Assembly: GCF_006345805.1 (NCBI RefSeq)
Contig: NC_043009.1
Coordinates: 68,634,001-68,698,000 of the forward strand
Length of the DNA: 64,000 nt
DNA from: Octopus sinensis
Taxonomy: Eukaryota
Direction of reading: 5' to 3'
The translations under genes were made by a program, and so were the position numbers. The notes under the pieces are model-generated. The model had not been told where the DNA came from. It saw only the letters and a program-made list of their open reading frames with translations, and searched no databases. Each line of letters opens with the position of its first letter. Position 1 is the stretch's first letter. This document shows positions 26,857 to 39,044 of this stretch, piece after piece.

Positions 26857-27445
26857 TGTGTACATGTGGATATCTGTGTATATATGAGTATGTTCATGCA
26901 CATACATGCTTGTGTATGTGTATGTACGTATACATGTTTGTGTGAGTTTTTATGTATGTAGACATTATGAACGCAGGAGGTTTATGTCTATGTATTGTGA
27001 GAATATAGTTGTGTGTATTTTTCATCTTTTTTCTTTTTCTACCTATCAGAGTAACTTCTCTTTTATTCAATGGGTTTTCATAGCATCTATTGCCATTAAT
27101 AACCAATGAGAATGCATTGTAGGTCTTCACTCCAACATTCGAAACTCCAAGTACTATAATGACAACTTACTGTCTGTCTGTGCAAGGACAAAACATTAAA
27201 AACAGATCAGGGACAATTAAAAAAAGGCAGTTATATAGAAAATGAGTATTTTGAATTCATTATCCAAAGAAAAAATATACTCGCATTGTAAACTTATTTA
27301 TGATGCATGGCATTAGGAAGGGCATCCAGCTGTAAAACCTCTGCCAGATCAGATTGAGCCTGGTGCAGCCTTCTAGCTCACCAGTCCTCAATCAAACCGT
27401 CCAACCCATGCTAGCATAGAAAGCAGACATTAAATGATGACAATG

Positions 27446-27534
<89 letters not shown>

Positions 27535-28151
27535 GGTAGACAGAGAGGTTGATTTCATTCTTAAGAACATGATAGTATTAAATCTACTCTCTGACTCAAA
27601 GAATGTGCATTGTCTATTTGATTGGAAAATTTCTATAGGTGGCTGAAGATTGCTCGACATTTTAAAACTGATGTAATGCTTACAGTGTTTAATAAAATGA
27701 AGTAGCATGAAACGATCGTATCACATTACCTTGGATATACTTGTTGCATATTTTGATTATATATATATATATATATATATAGGGCCTCAAAGAAGGGATG
27801 ACAAGTGACTCAGACTTCTGGCTGTTTGCAGTGCTTGAGAAGTCACATCAAGCTAAATAAAATTGTGGGTGTTCTTGCATACAGGAATGTCCCCAACATC
27901 CCTCTTAAGCTGAGTGACCCTCATCTCGCAGGCTTGTGGGTGCTTGTACCACATAAAAGGTACACATGCTGGTGTCCCATAAAAGCACCCAGTACATTGT
28001 GTAAAGTGGTTGGCGTTAGGAAGGGCATCCAGTCTCATAGGAAATATGTCAAACCAGACGTGGAGACTGGGCAGCTACTCAGCTGACCAGCTCCCATCAA
28101 ACCACCCAATCCATCCATGCCAGCATGGAGAGTGGACATTAAATGACAAGG

Positions 28152-28185
<34 letters not shown>

Positions 28186-29497
28186 CCAAGACTGTGTGGT
28201 AAGAAGTTTGTCTTCTACTATAGCCTCAGGCTAACCAAAGCCTTGTGAGTGGATTTGGTAAACAGAAACTGAAAGAAGCCTGGTGTGTGTGTGTGAGTAC
28301 ATATACATGCACATAACACTTGCCCAAGGTGCCATGCAGTGGGGCTAAATCTGGAAACGTGGTTGGAAAGTAAATTTCTCACCACACAGCCATACCTCTG
28401 TCTGTCTGTCTGTCCTCCCCCCCACCACCACCACCACCACCTGACAACTGGTGTTAGTGTGTTTACTTCCCTATGACTTTAAAGCCTGATATAAGGATAT
28501 GACTTTTAAAAAAATAAGTATTTGGGTCACTAAAATTCTTCAAGGTGGTGCCCCAGCATGGCCACAATCTAGTGAATGGAACATGTAAAAATTAAAAGGT
28601 TTATCCCCAGGTTGGGATCCATGCAAATGAGTACCAGTAAATCAACTTACACTCCTGGAAGAGGTTATTGGATCTTGGAATATATTTTTTTTTCTTTTAA
28701 ATGGCTTTTTGTATTGATACAAAATGAAGTAACCGGAACTTTCATTTAATATTCACTTGCAGTTGTTTTCTAACCTTAAATTCTCGTTAATCAATAAAAT
28801 TAATACAGTATTAATTTTATTGACCAAATGAGAAATTGACTTCAGGTTTGAAAACAATTGCTTGTTACTTTTTTATATGGAAATTCCAATTTCATTCATC
28901 TGATTAGGTCAGTAAAATAAATATAGCATTAATTTTATTGACCCAAGTGAGATGAATTGTCTAATTTATTTTGGTAAAGTTTGAACACAGAATTGCAAGT
29001 ATGAACATGAATATGCAATAGTGAAAGCAACAAAGAAAATATAAATTGCTAACAAATGTGTGAAAGAAAATATTGATACAGTCAACACAAGTGGATTTTA
29101 ACCTAGATTTAATTACTGGAAGAAAATTGATTGTATTTCTGTAATAATTTCTTGAAACAATTTTTTTTTTTTAAGTCAGCATTTTTGTGATTAAGAAGTT
29201 CACTTCAGAACTATGTGACTCCAAGTTCAATCCCACTGCACTGCACCTTAGGCAAGTGCAAGTGTCATCTACAAATGCTTTAAGCTTTCCTGGAAATGAA
29301 ATTCGGTTGATGGCAATTATGTGGACACCTCTTCCCAGAGGTAAGAAAAGGTTTTGCAAAGGACCATTGCCCCTACCAAGAAATAAAGCCAAGTAACAGA
29401 AGCAAAGATGACAATTCAAAACCAATTATATGCGGGACAAGGACATCTTACAATCCAGACTTGAGAACAGTGAAGGAAAGTCATCAATGGTCTATAG

Positions 29498-29814
29498 CAT
29501 GGGTTCCCAAAGTGGGCACTACATCCCCCTGGAGGACGCTGAGGTGGTCCAGGTGGGCACTGGTGCCTAAGAGGGTGGTGGGGGACAGTAGAAAAAAAGG
29601 AGGCATTGGGAGGAAGGCAGTGGATTCGGGGACGTTATGAATTTATTATATTATTATTATAGTATTGTATACAAATAATATAATATTATATTAAATATCA
29701 AATAATTCATAGCACATATAAATCAGTAGAATATAAAATATTTATTCATACATAAAAATAGGGGTGGAGGTACTGAGGCGGGGCACAGTGGCCCAAAAAG
29801 TTTGCAAACCTCTG
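29498..29814. mobile_element. hAT (Charlie-like) MITE with 8-bp TSD
   Basis: TIRs CATGGGTTCCCAAAG and TTTGCAAACCTCTG; TSD GTCTATAG / TTCTATAG; GC-rich subterminal regions around an AT-rich core. Confidence 0.75.
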
Positions 29815-30124
29815 TTCTATAGGAGCAAAAGACCATTAAATTAATTATGTGGAATCATAAAAGGTAATAGCACTTATGTTTGGTGACTCTATGGCATGAG
29901 GAAATTGATGTGTTAGGTCAGGGTTTCTCAACCATTCTTTAACTATAGACACCTGAGATTCCTGTCTTACTCAGATTGATCCTCAGCCATTTAACATTAA
30001 AAAAAAACTCATTATAGTCTTATAATTAAATATTATTAGGAATTGTATCAAAACTGTTAAAATATTCTGTGTATTAGACATCACACAAATTTTAAAATCT
30101 TATATGGATCCTCAATGGACACAA

Positions 30125-30348
30125 CTTTATTACCCACAAGGGGCTAAAAATAAAGGGGGCAAACAAGAACAGACAGAAGGGTTAAGTCGATTACATTGAC
30201 CCCAGTGTGTAACTGGTACTTATTTAATCGACGCTGAAAGGACAAAAGGCAAAGTCAACCTCAGTGGAATCCAAACTCAGAACATAATAGCAGACGAAAT
30301 ACCGCTAAGTATTTTGCCTGGTGTGCTACCATTTCTGCCAGCTCACCA
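30125..30348 (-). mobile_element. SINE family B copy
   Basis: Reverse complement of the 55245-55481 element; similar to 43320-43547. Confidence 0.8.
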
Positions 30349-30702
30349 TCTTACTGTCCAAATTATATTCTTTACACCAAGTTCATTTGCCTTTTATATT
30401 TCTTAATTACAAAACAAGTACCAAACAAAATAAGAGAGTACAAGAATAACATGTTTAAATATACTCGGAAAAGTATTAGAGTACATTGTTTCTTCTCTTG
30501 AGTAAAATTTTTTTTTAGTTTTTATGATTGACAAATAGCCATACCCTAATCAAACAACAATTACTCCTTCAGACTACCTTTTCTATAACTACAATGAATA
30601 CATTACTACCACCAGACTTTTCACTAAAACATCAAACTGAATAGTATAACAGAATAAGTTCATGCATTTATACGTAGATACAGGTTTTTACCTTTAGGTA
30701 GG

Positions 30703-30736
<34 letters not shown>

Positions 30737-31389
30737 TGTAAGGTGCAAGCATAGCTGTGTGGTTAAGAAATTCACTTATGAACTAAGATTTGGGTTCAGT
30801 CCCATTGTGTGGCACTTTGGGTAAGTGTCTTCTATGACCTCAGGCCACCCCAAGCTTTGTGGGTGGTTTGGGGAGATGGAAACTGAAACGAGCCCATCAT
30901 ATATATGTTGTGTATGTGCATGTGAAAGAAAGAAAAAGTGTGAGTGGGCGTATGTGCATGTGTGTCTGTGTGAGTGAATACATATCCCCCACCCCGTTTT
31001 CACTGGTTGCAAATAATAGACTTGCTGATGGTATTGTCTCCTTGCAGTTCACCCCTGATTACTAAAGCTCAAACTTGATGACTGCAAACCTTTCCCTATT
31101 TAACCCAAGTCACTGCACATATCTTTCACCTGCCCTTCATCACCCACCACATTTCTTACTGTCTCTCTCTCATCCTTACACCAAACACTACATGCTACCA
31201 TTTACTCCAAACACACAAACACCACTTACAATGAAACTTCCAATTCATCTGTTTCTTGTCAAGCACTAATTTCCAACTTTCCAATCTAATCCAAAGTTAG
31301 AACTAAGCAAACCATTCTTTGTATACAGCAATATAAGATAACTGGAACAAAATGAAATAATTTCAAAAACACTAAAAGACAGAACTTAC

Positions 31390-31533
31390 CTTCATTGATT
31401 TCTCTATGAACATAAGGCCGCCACCATCTGAAAATGGCCCATCCATATTGCACTCTGACTGAAAAATCTTCTGTTACCAAATGCACATCACGGAACATTA
31501 TTTTGCCACTCAAAACAGAAAAGGAAAAAGAAC
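31390..31533 (-). CDS. BLTP1: BLTP1/KIAA1109 coding exon (most 5' exon found in the window)
   Basis: 144 bp, ttttgtag|...|gtaagt, phase 1 to phase 1. Encodes (G)SFSFSVLSGKIMFRDVHLVTEDFSVRVQYGWAIFRWWRPYVHREINE(D), matching the recalled KIAA1109 N-terminal motif GSFSFSVLSGKVMVREIYYITEDMSIRIQDGFIIFRWW. Confidence 0.95.
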
Positions 31534-33529
31534 CTACAAAATAAAATTAAAAACAATTATTTTTGTCATGAATTATTTTAGACTTTCATCAAATTAATTT
31601 TAAAATGGTTAAATTAAAATATATTTTGCAAAATTGAAAAGCATCCACAAAATAATTATATTAATAACTGAGATTGTTTATAAAATATTTTCATTAAGTG
31701 TTTCCAGTGTTTGTCTTGTAGCTTAACTGAAAAGAGAGAAACAACAATCTACCTTGCTACTAAATTAACAACTTACTTATCTTAAATACCTATGCCTATA
31801 CTGAAGGTTATGGACCAATTTAGTTTCAGAAATTTAATGCAAAATCCATTGAAACAACACAAAGAAAATAAGGACAAACACGAAAGAGAAATGTGTTATG
31901 AAATAAAAATATAATAAGAGACAGACGGGTAATAACCAGATTTAACAACTGGAAGTTCTCAGTGTTATGAGGAGTTAGACATTTCCAAGAACATATTACA
32001 AAACTTCAGTGTGTTAATTTCTCTCTGTATGCTGCAGAGGTTTAATGTCTAAAGAACAAATTCTTTGTAGTAGAGAATGTAATTCATATGAAAATAATAA
32101 ATATGATAATATTTCATATTTTCTATATAACGTTAATGTTTTCTTACTGTAATGGAAGAAAGTAAAGATTAAACTGTCTAAACTCAAGGGGAATTCAGTT
32201 GAAAACATGAAACTTTGTAACTATAAAGAAAATTCAAACATTAAGATCAATGTAATTTTTCATGTGGAAATGCTAGTAAATAAAATATAAGCAAGCCATA
32301 TGAGAAAAATTATGTAGTCATGCAACCTGCTAGAAATAGTAGCCACTTTAACCTAAAATTACACCCTACTATCTTGAAAAAGTAAGGACACATTACACAT
32401 TGTAGTGTTGGATATACAAAAAGATGGAATGACCATAGCTGGAATGTCTGATCACAATTCTGGAAGTTCAGATCTACATGGATCTAAACAGCTATAAATT
32501 AGATAAAAGCAAAAAGAGCTCATTAAAATTACTTTCACTCAGAATAAAAAAGAAAAATAATAACCTCCTGAAAACTGAATCCCTAAAATTATTTAACTAA
32601 TTACTGTCACATGTTATAAGAACTGCAGGGAGTGTCATTAAGACACTCACTGCATGAGGTTTGCCAAGAGTCCAGAAAAGCAATTCTCAACTGCAGCTCC
32701 CAGGGATGCATGTGACCCCAGGTATTATTCCAGCAGGCCCCTGACAGTCTTCTCTTTATAAATATAAATTTTGCTTTATTTTGACTGGTTTTACTTTTTT
32801 TTTTTTAGTGTAGCTCCCTGATTTGGCCCAAATATTAAAAAAGTTGAAAACCATTGGTCTGAAGTCACACACTACAATAGTTTTAGAGTTTTTATATAAG
32901 ACATTCTAATACTGCAAAAACACATATCCGTAAGATACATGGTGCAGTAAATAAACAAACACCCATTCACTCTTTAACAAAGATCATCTTCATTTATATC
33001 TTATTATTTCGTTATGCATGGAGTCTGACATTTTAAAGTTCTGTATGAGACTTGTAAAACTGACAAGCTAATGTTAAGTGCTACGATTCTATTCTGGTCA
33101 AAGTTTGACAACAAACACTTTTTCTAAACAGAAATATCATTGATTAATCTCACTATAGTCAATGAAGAACATCATTTGAAAACGGTTGAAAAACAGGTGG
33201 CCTTAAGTGGTTGTGTTGTTTTTGATTTTCTTTCCTTACAAACGCTACTCTATGTTGGAATGGATAAGTTATCTTTTTTTTTCTTTTACAAATTTATAAA
33301 CTTGCATGTTGAGTAAAAGTACATCTTGATATCTGATGTTACCACAGAGAACTTGCAACGTTGATGCAGGACTGGTAATAGTGGTGAGCCAGACCTATTG
33401 AATCAAACATAGCAATATAGTTTCTCGAGCAAAGTTAACCCTTTCAATACCAACCTGCCTGAGATTTGCCATTGATTCTATGATACAAACTTTCTATCTT
33501 AAAATTATCAATATTGATTTAGAGCAAGG

Positions 33530-34715
33530 TCCTCTATGCTGACAACCTTGCTCTAATTGCTGAGTCACTATCAGAACTAGAGGAGAAGTTTCAGGTGTGG
33601 AAGCAAGGATTAGAATCGAAGGGCCTTAGAGTTAACCAAGCTAAAACCAAAGTCCTAATAAGTAGGAAGGCAGACAAACCACAAATCTCTTCAGGCAGAT
33701 GGCCTTGCTCGATCTGTAGAAAAGGCGTAGGTAGAAACTCTATAAGATGCACCAAGTTTGAGCTATGGACACATAAGAGGTGCAGCAATATCAAAGGAAG
33801 GCTAACTGAGAAGATAGTTTTTGTATGTGGCAGATGCTCAGGAGCAATAAACACTGAAAATGTGCAGAGAACAACTTCCACCACATTCCATGAAGAAAGA
33901 CTAGAAGTAGTTGATAGCTTCCGTTACCTAGGTGACCAAGTCAGTAGCAGGGGTGGGTGTACTGAAAGTGTAGCTGGTAGAATAAGAATAGCCTGGGCAA
34001 AGTTCAGAGAGCTCTTACCTCTGCTGGTGACAAAGGGCCTCTCGCTCAGAGTAAAAGGTAGATTGTATGACGCATGTGTATGAACAGCCATGCTACATTG
34101 CAGTGAAACATGGACCGTGACTGCTGAGGACATGCATAAGCTTGCAAGAAATGAAGCCAGTATGATCTGCTGGATGTGTAATGGATGTGTAGCGTGTACA
34201 CTCAACAGTGTGTAAGTACCTTGAGAGAAAAGTTGGACCTAAGAAGCATCAGATGTGGTGTCCAAGAGAGACAACTGTGCTGGTATGGTCATGTGGCAAG
34301 AATGGATGGGGATAGCTGTGTGAAAAAGTGCCACACCCTAGCAATTGAGGGAACCTGTGGAAGAGGTAGACCCAGGAAGACCTGGGATGAGGTAGTGAAG
34401 CAAGATCTTCAAGCATTAGGGCTCACCAAAGCAATGACTAGTGACCGAGACCTTTGGAAATATGCTGTGCTCGAGAAGACCCAGCAAGCCAAGTGAGACC
34501 ATAACCCGTGGTATATGTCAGGGGTGTAACAAGCCCGATTATTTGTATCTTTCCTTCATTGGACACTAAACTCTGCTTGCAAAGATCTGTTGAGGCAATC
34601 AAAATCAAATCAAATTCGATGACTGGCACCTGTACCAATGAAGCACTAAGAGCACCATCCAAGCGTGATCGTTGCCAGAGCAGCTGACTGGCTTCCGTGC
34701 CAGTGGCATGTAAAA
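33530..34715 (+). mobile_element. 5'-truncated RTE-clade LINE (RT C-terminal half plus 3' UTR), inactive
   Basis: Begins LYADNLALIAESLSELEEKFQVWKQGLESKGLRVNQAKTKV (YADD motif, second D changed to N), then LEVVDSFRYLGD, RIRIAWAKFREL, WYGHVARM and GRGRPRKTWDEVV. In-frame TGA at 34081, frameshift near 34185, ORF stop at 34496. Confidence 0.92.
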
Positions 34716-34900
34716 AGAGACCAATAGAATAAGTATTGGGCTTACAAAGAATAAGTCCTGGAGTTGATTTGCTCAACTAAAGGTAGTGCTCCAGTATGGC
34801 CACAGTCAAATGACTGAAACAAAAGAATATATATATATGATTTGCCATGCTGAACTCTTAATGTTTTTTTCATTCTCTCTCTGTTTATTTCCTCTTGTTC

Positions 34901-34936
34901 CTTTCTGCTGAAGAGCGTAGGCTCAAAACGTAAAAG
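34901..34936 (+). ncRNA. Degenerate minimal type I hammerhead-like motif
   Basis: CTTT-CTGCTGA-A-GAGC(GTAG)GCTC-AAAAC-GTA-AAAG. Stem I (CTTT/AAAG) and stem II (GAGC/GCTC) are intact; the core has A6C and G12A changes. Confidence 0.45.
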
Positions 34937-35105
34937 ACATTATCATTTTTCTCAAGCGTCAAACTAATATACTTGCTTGTTGTTCATACACCTGCTTCCG
35001 TCTTTTGTTTTTCTATAAATTTCAGCTGTGTGTGTGTGCTCATACTTATACATACATACATGCACATTCAATTATATATATATAAATATATATATATATA
35101 ATATA

Positions 35106-35143
<38 letters not shown>

Positions 35144-35227
35144 TATATAAATATATAAATATACATACACAAAACATATATACATACACATGCATCAATA
35201 CTACCAACTCCACTAACTCAACAGAAC

Positions 35228-36068
35228 ACACTGAACCCCACTCCAGCACTGAACCCCACTCCAGCACTGAACCCCACTCCAGCACTGTACCCCACTCCAG
35301 CACTGTACCCTTCACTCCAGCACTGTACCCTTCACTCCAGCACTGTACCCTTCACTCCAGCACTGAACCCCACTCCAGCACTGTACCCCACTCCAGCACT
35401 GTACCCTTCACTCCAGCACTGAACCCCACTCCAGCACTGAACCCCACTCCAGCACTGTACCCTTCACTCCAGCACTGAACCCCACTCCAGCACTGTACCC
35501 CACTCCAGCACTGTACCCCACTCCAGCACTGTACCCTTCACTCCAGCACTGTACCCTTCACTCCAGCACTGAGCTCCACTCCAGCACTGTACCCTTCACT
35601 CCAGCACTGAACCCTTCACTCCAGCACTGAACCCTTCACTCCAGCACTGTACCTTCACTCCAGCACTGTACCCTTCACTCCAGCACTGTACCCTTCACTC
35701 CAGTACTGTACCCTTCACTCCAGCACTGAACCCCACTCCAGCACTGAACCCCACTCCAGCACTGAACCCCACTCCAGCACTGTACCCCACTCCAGCACTG
35801 TACCCTTCACTCCAGCACTGTACCCTTCACTCCAGCACTGAACCCCCCACTCCAGCACTATACCCCCCACTCCAGCACTATACCCCCCACTCCAGCACTA
35901 TACCCCCCACTCCAGCACTATACCCCCCACTCCAGCACTATACCCCCCACTCCAGCACTATACTCCCCACTCCAGCACTATACCCCCCACTCCAGCACTG
36001 TACCCCACTCCAGCACTGTACCCCACTCCAGCACTGAACCCCACTCCAGCACTGAACCCTTCACTCCA
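35228..36068. repeat. Minisatellite, 17-20-bp unit CACTCCAGCACTG(A/T)ACCC(C/TT), roughly 45 copies
   Basis: Direct reading; contiguous units with no unique spacers. Confidence 0.95.
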
Positions 36069-36929
36069 ACCACCATACACCCACCCACCATGTACGTGGG
36101 TGTCTCCATAACATGCACTGCTTTATTTTGATCTCCATAGTAATTATAATGATTGCAAACCAATTTTACTAGGAAAATTTAATATCAATATTTAGAACTT
36201 TGATTCTAATAATTGGATGATTTTTAATTAATTTTAAGTAAAGTTTGGTACCCAACAATTTTGATAACAATGAGTGTTTGACAACATTATCTGTGATGAT
36301 AAATGGCTTCAACCAACTTGGCGCCAAGCACAAACATAAGCTTCTGAGACACTTATCACTACTATCCTTGCCATCTGGCACCATCACCATATATCTACTA
36401 TATCTCTGGGGCTAGAGGCATTTCTTCATTTCCATAGTGATTCTAGAAATTGTGCAAAAGATTACTTGAAAATGTTGGCAATAAAATCAAAAGCTTTGAT
36501 TCTTATAACCAGATGTGTATGTGTAAGAAATTCCTCTCTCTTTCTCTCGTTGCAGTTTACTGCTGATCAAAAAGAGAAAAAGAAATGCTTTATAAACCAT
36601 CAACTGTTTTTTCTATAAAACAATTGTCTGACTTCAGAAAACGTTTGATTCTAAACCTACCTCAAATTATCAAATTAACTTAACCTAAAAAGGATAGTCT
36701 CCCCTATCATAGCTGATCACCAGGGAGGGAGGGTGTGTGTATGTGGTTGATAACAGTTTCTGGTGGTAAGAGAAGCAAGTTCAACTAGGCTTTTCTCAGT
36801 GAATTTTGGATAATATTATATTTTACTAACAGTTTTGGAAAATAAATTTAGAATTGGATGCAAAAATTATCCAGCTAGTAACACTTCTCATTAATACATC
36901 CATCCATTTATTAAAAAAAACAAAAACTA

Positions 36930-37479
36930 CGAGGGTGAGTCAAGAAGTAATGCCATTTTGTTTAGGACGAGTATAACTACCAACACAGGAACATGTATCA
37001 TACATCAAAATGAAGCTGGTCCTCTGTGGATCACATCCCTACTTCTCAACATAGTCACCGTTTCTCTCAATAGCAATGTTCCACCTTCAAATGAGAGCAT
37101 GTATCCCTGCCCCCATAAAATTCTGTTGACTGCTCTTTGAGCCACTTCTTCACTACAGTTTTCACTTCCTCATCACTTAACTATCATCTCTTTGGCCCCA
37201 TGAAAGCGAGTTTGAGAGGCAAACATTATTCCAGTGACAAGGAAGTGAAAACTGTAGTGAAGAAGTGGCTCAAAGAACAGTCAACAGAATTTTAACAAGC
37301 AGGGATACATGCTCTCATTCGAAGGTGGAACATTGCTATTGAGAGAAACGGTAACTATGCTGAAAAGTAGGGATGTGATCCACAGAGAACCAGCTTCATT
37401 TTGATGTATGATACATGTTCCTGTGTTGGTAATTATACCCGACCTAAACAAAATGGCATTACTTCTTGACTCACCCTCA
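36930..37479. mobile_element. Fold-back mariner derivative (two 3' ends, about 247-bp inverted arms)
   Basis: TA|CGAGGGTGAGTCAAGAAGTAATGCC...GGCATTACTTCTTGACTCACCCTCA|TA. Spacer plus right arm encode YHLFGPMKASLRGKHYSSDKEVKTVVKKWLKEQSTEF*QAGIHALIRRWNIAIERNGNYAEK*, a mariner transposase C-terminus. Confidence 0.92.
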
Positions 37480-37734
37480 TATTTTGTCAACTGACTGCAA
37501 TTTGTCATAATTTAAATGAAGTTGATATTTACGTAAAAAATTTGAAGAGAAACATATTTAGAGAAAAGAGAGAGAGAGTCATATTTGATGAACTGACAGC
37601 GTTTCAAGTATCTGCAGTGATGCAGTTTGATACTTTTACATTTTTGGAATTTGTTTTGAAACATTTGCTAAAAAAAAATTCTTAGTAAATGTAAGTGGTA
37701 TCAGTTTACAGATTCCATGTGGAATTCACAGATG

Positions 37735-38125
37735 GAACTTCTACATGGTGACTCAAGTTGCTATAAACAGTAACCAAAATCCCTCTCAAATCATTCCCTA
37801 TATTTTAGAAAAAAATGAAGGACATGCATAACAAAATCTTGAATATGGTCTGTCTGAAAGGAAAATTCAGGGATCACAGATGAGACATTTTTCATCATAG
37901 GGTCACAAGAACATCTACAACCAACTAGGCAACCTGTATATAATCACTCAACCTGCTAGTAATAACAGCCAAATCTCCATAAAACAATATACCATCAGCA
38001 AAAATGAAGAACACACTTGATTAATGCAGTTCTTGACACACTATATTTGGAAATAGATAAAAGAAGAGTTTGGTGTTCAGTTAGAATAGCACTGACCAAA
38101 GAAGACCTAGGGCTAAATAGCAATT
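37735..38125 (+). repeat. Two adjacent copies of an old dispersed repeat (about 190 bp)
   Basis: Motif CCTGCTAGAAATAGCAGCCAAAT...GACCT.GGGCTAAACAAC. Also seen at about 9775-9960, 13070-13260, 23370-23530, 32320-32490, 38820-39000 and 59245-59430, and reversed at 9340-9530. Class undetermined. Confidence 0.6.
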
Positions 38126-39044
38126 AACTACTTAGGAAACGATTTTATAAATGAAACACATTATGAGAGTTTGTCTGACCCAAAGTAAGTAGTTCAATCA
38201 ATATATGATTGCTAACGAGGTACATTCCTTATCGTGAAAGAGTTAATGGGTCCCGCCAAGAGAGAAAGAAATCAACCCCAGCACTTAAGTACTTTATTTC
38301 CCAACCCCTAAAAACCCATAAGAATGAAAGGCAAATCAGCCTTGGCATGATTTGAACTCAGAATGCAGAGATCGGGATTAAATACTGCAAGGCATTCTGT
38401 CCAATGACCCAATGCACTAACAACTCTGCCCATACACTGACTTGTTCTACTACTTAATTACAATGATAAACTTGTAGTCTTGGTCCTCAAAGCAAGAACA
38501 TTATTTTTAATAACTAACACAAAATGTACTCAAACTCTATAAAAACAGTTTGAAGAGTCGTCACATCTTCCAGTTAAATGTCGAATAATTTAAATCAATA
38601 TCAAAAGGTCATCAAGACTAACACTTCTACATCCTAACATCCATTGTTTAAAATCTGATAAAAATATTTTTTTTAAATTTATTTTAAAAGTAAAAATTAC
38701 CTTTCTTAAACATATCCTGTTTTTCTCTATCTCTTATAATCTCACTTCTCTGAGACAAAGGAATCTATTTGATGATTAGTTCAGCCAACATTTACCAGCA
38801 TCAAATATAGGAACATACAGGTCAATGAGAAATAACAGCCAAACCAATCTTGAATCACACACACATAACAATCTTAAAAGTGATTGATTAGTTATGCCTG
38901 GAATACATTTGACCAGGATAGGTGTGGCTGGAATGTTTCTTAGCTTAGACTAAAATGACTAAGTTTTCTTTGTAAAGGTTGACCTGTGGCTAAACAACAA
39001 TGACATTCTTGTATGTGGTGAGTTTGTTTAACAAAAATATCTTC

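Noticed and set aside
35228-36068. CRISPR-like appearance of the regular repeat array (also 50118-50252 and 22944-23149)
   Set aside because: Units are contiguous without unique spacers, there are no cas genes, and the context is a eukaryotic intron.
38701-38749. Possible small BLTP1 exon (ag|RSEIIRDREKQDMFKK-G|gtaatt) with a compatible phase-1 donor
   Set aside because: No similarity to the expected TM/YYNSR segment and a weak polypyrimidine tract; likely chance.
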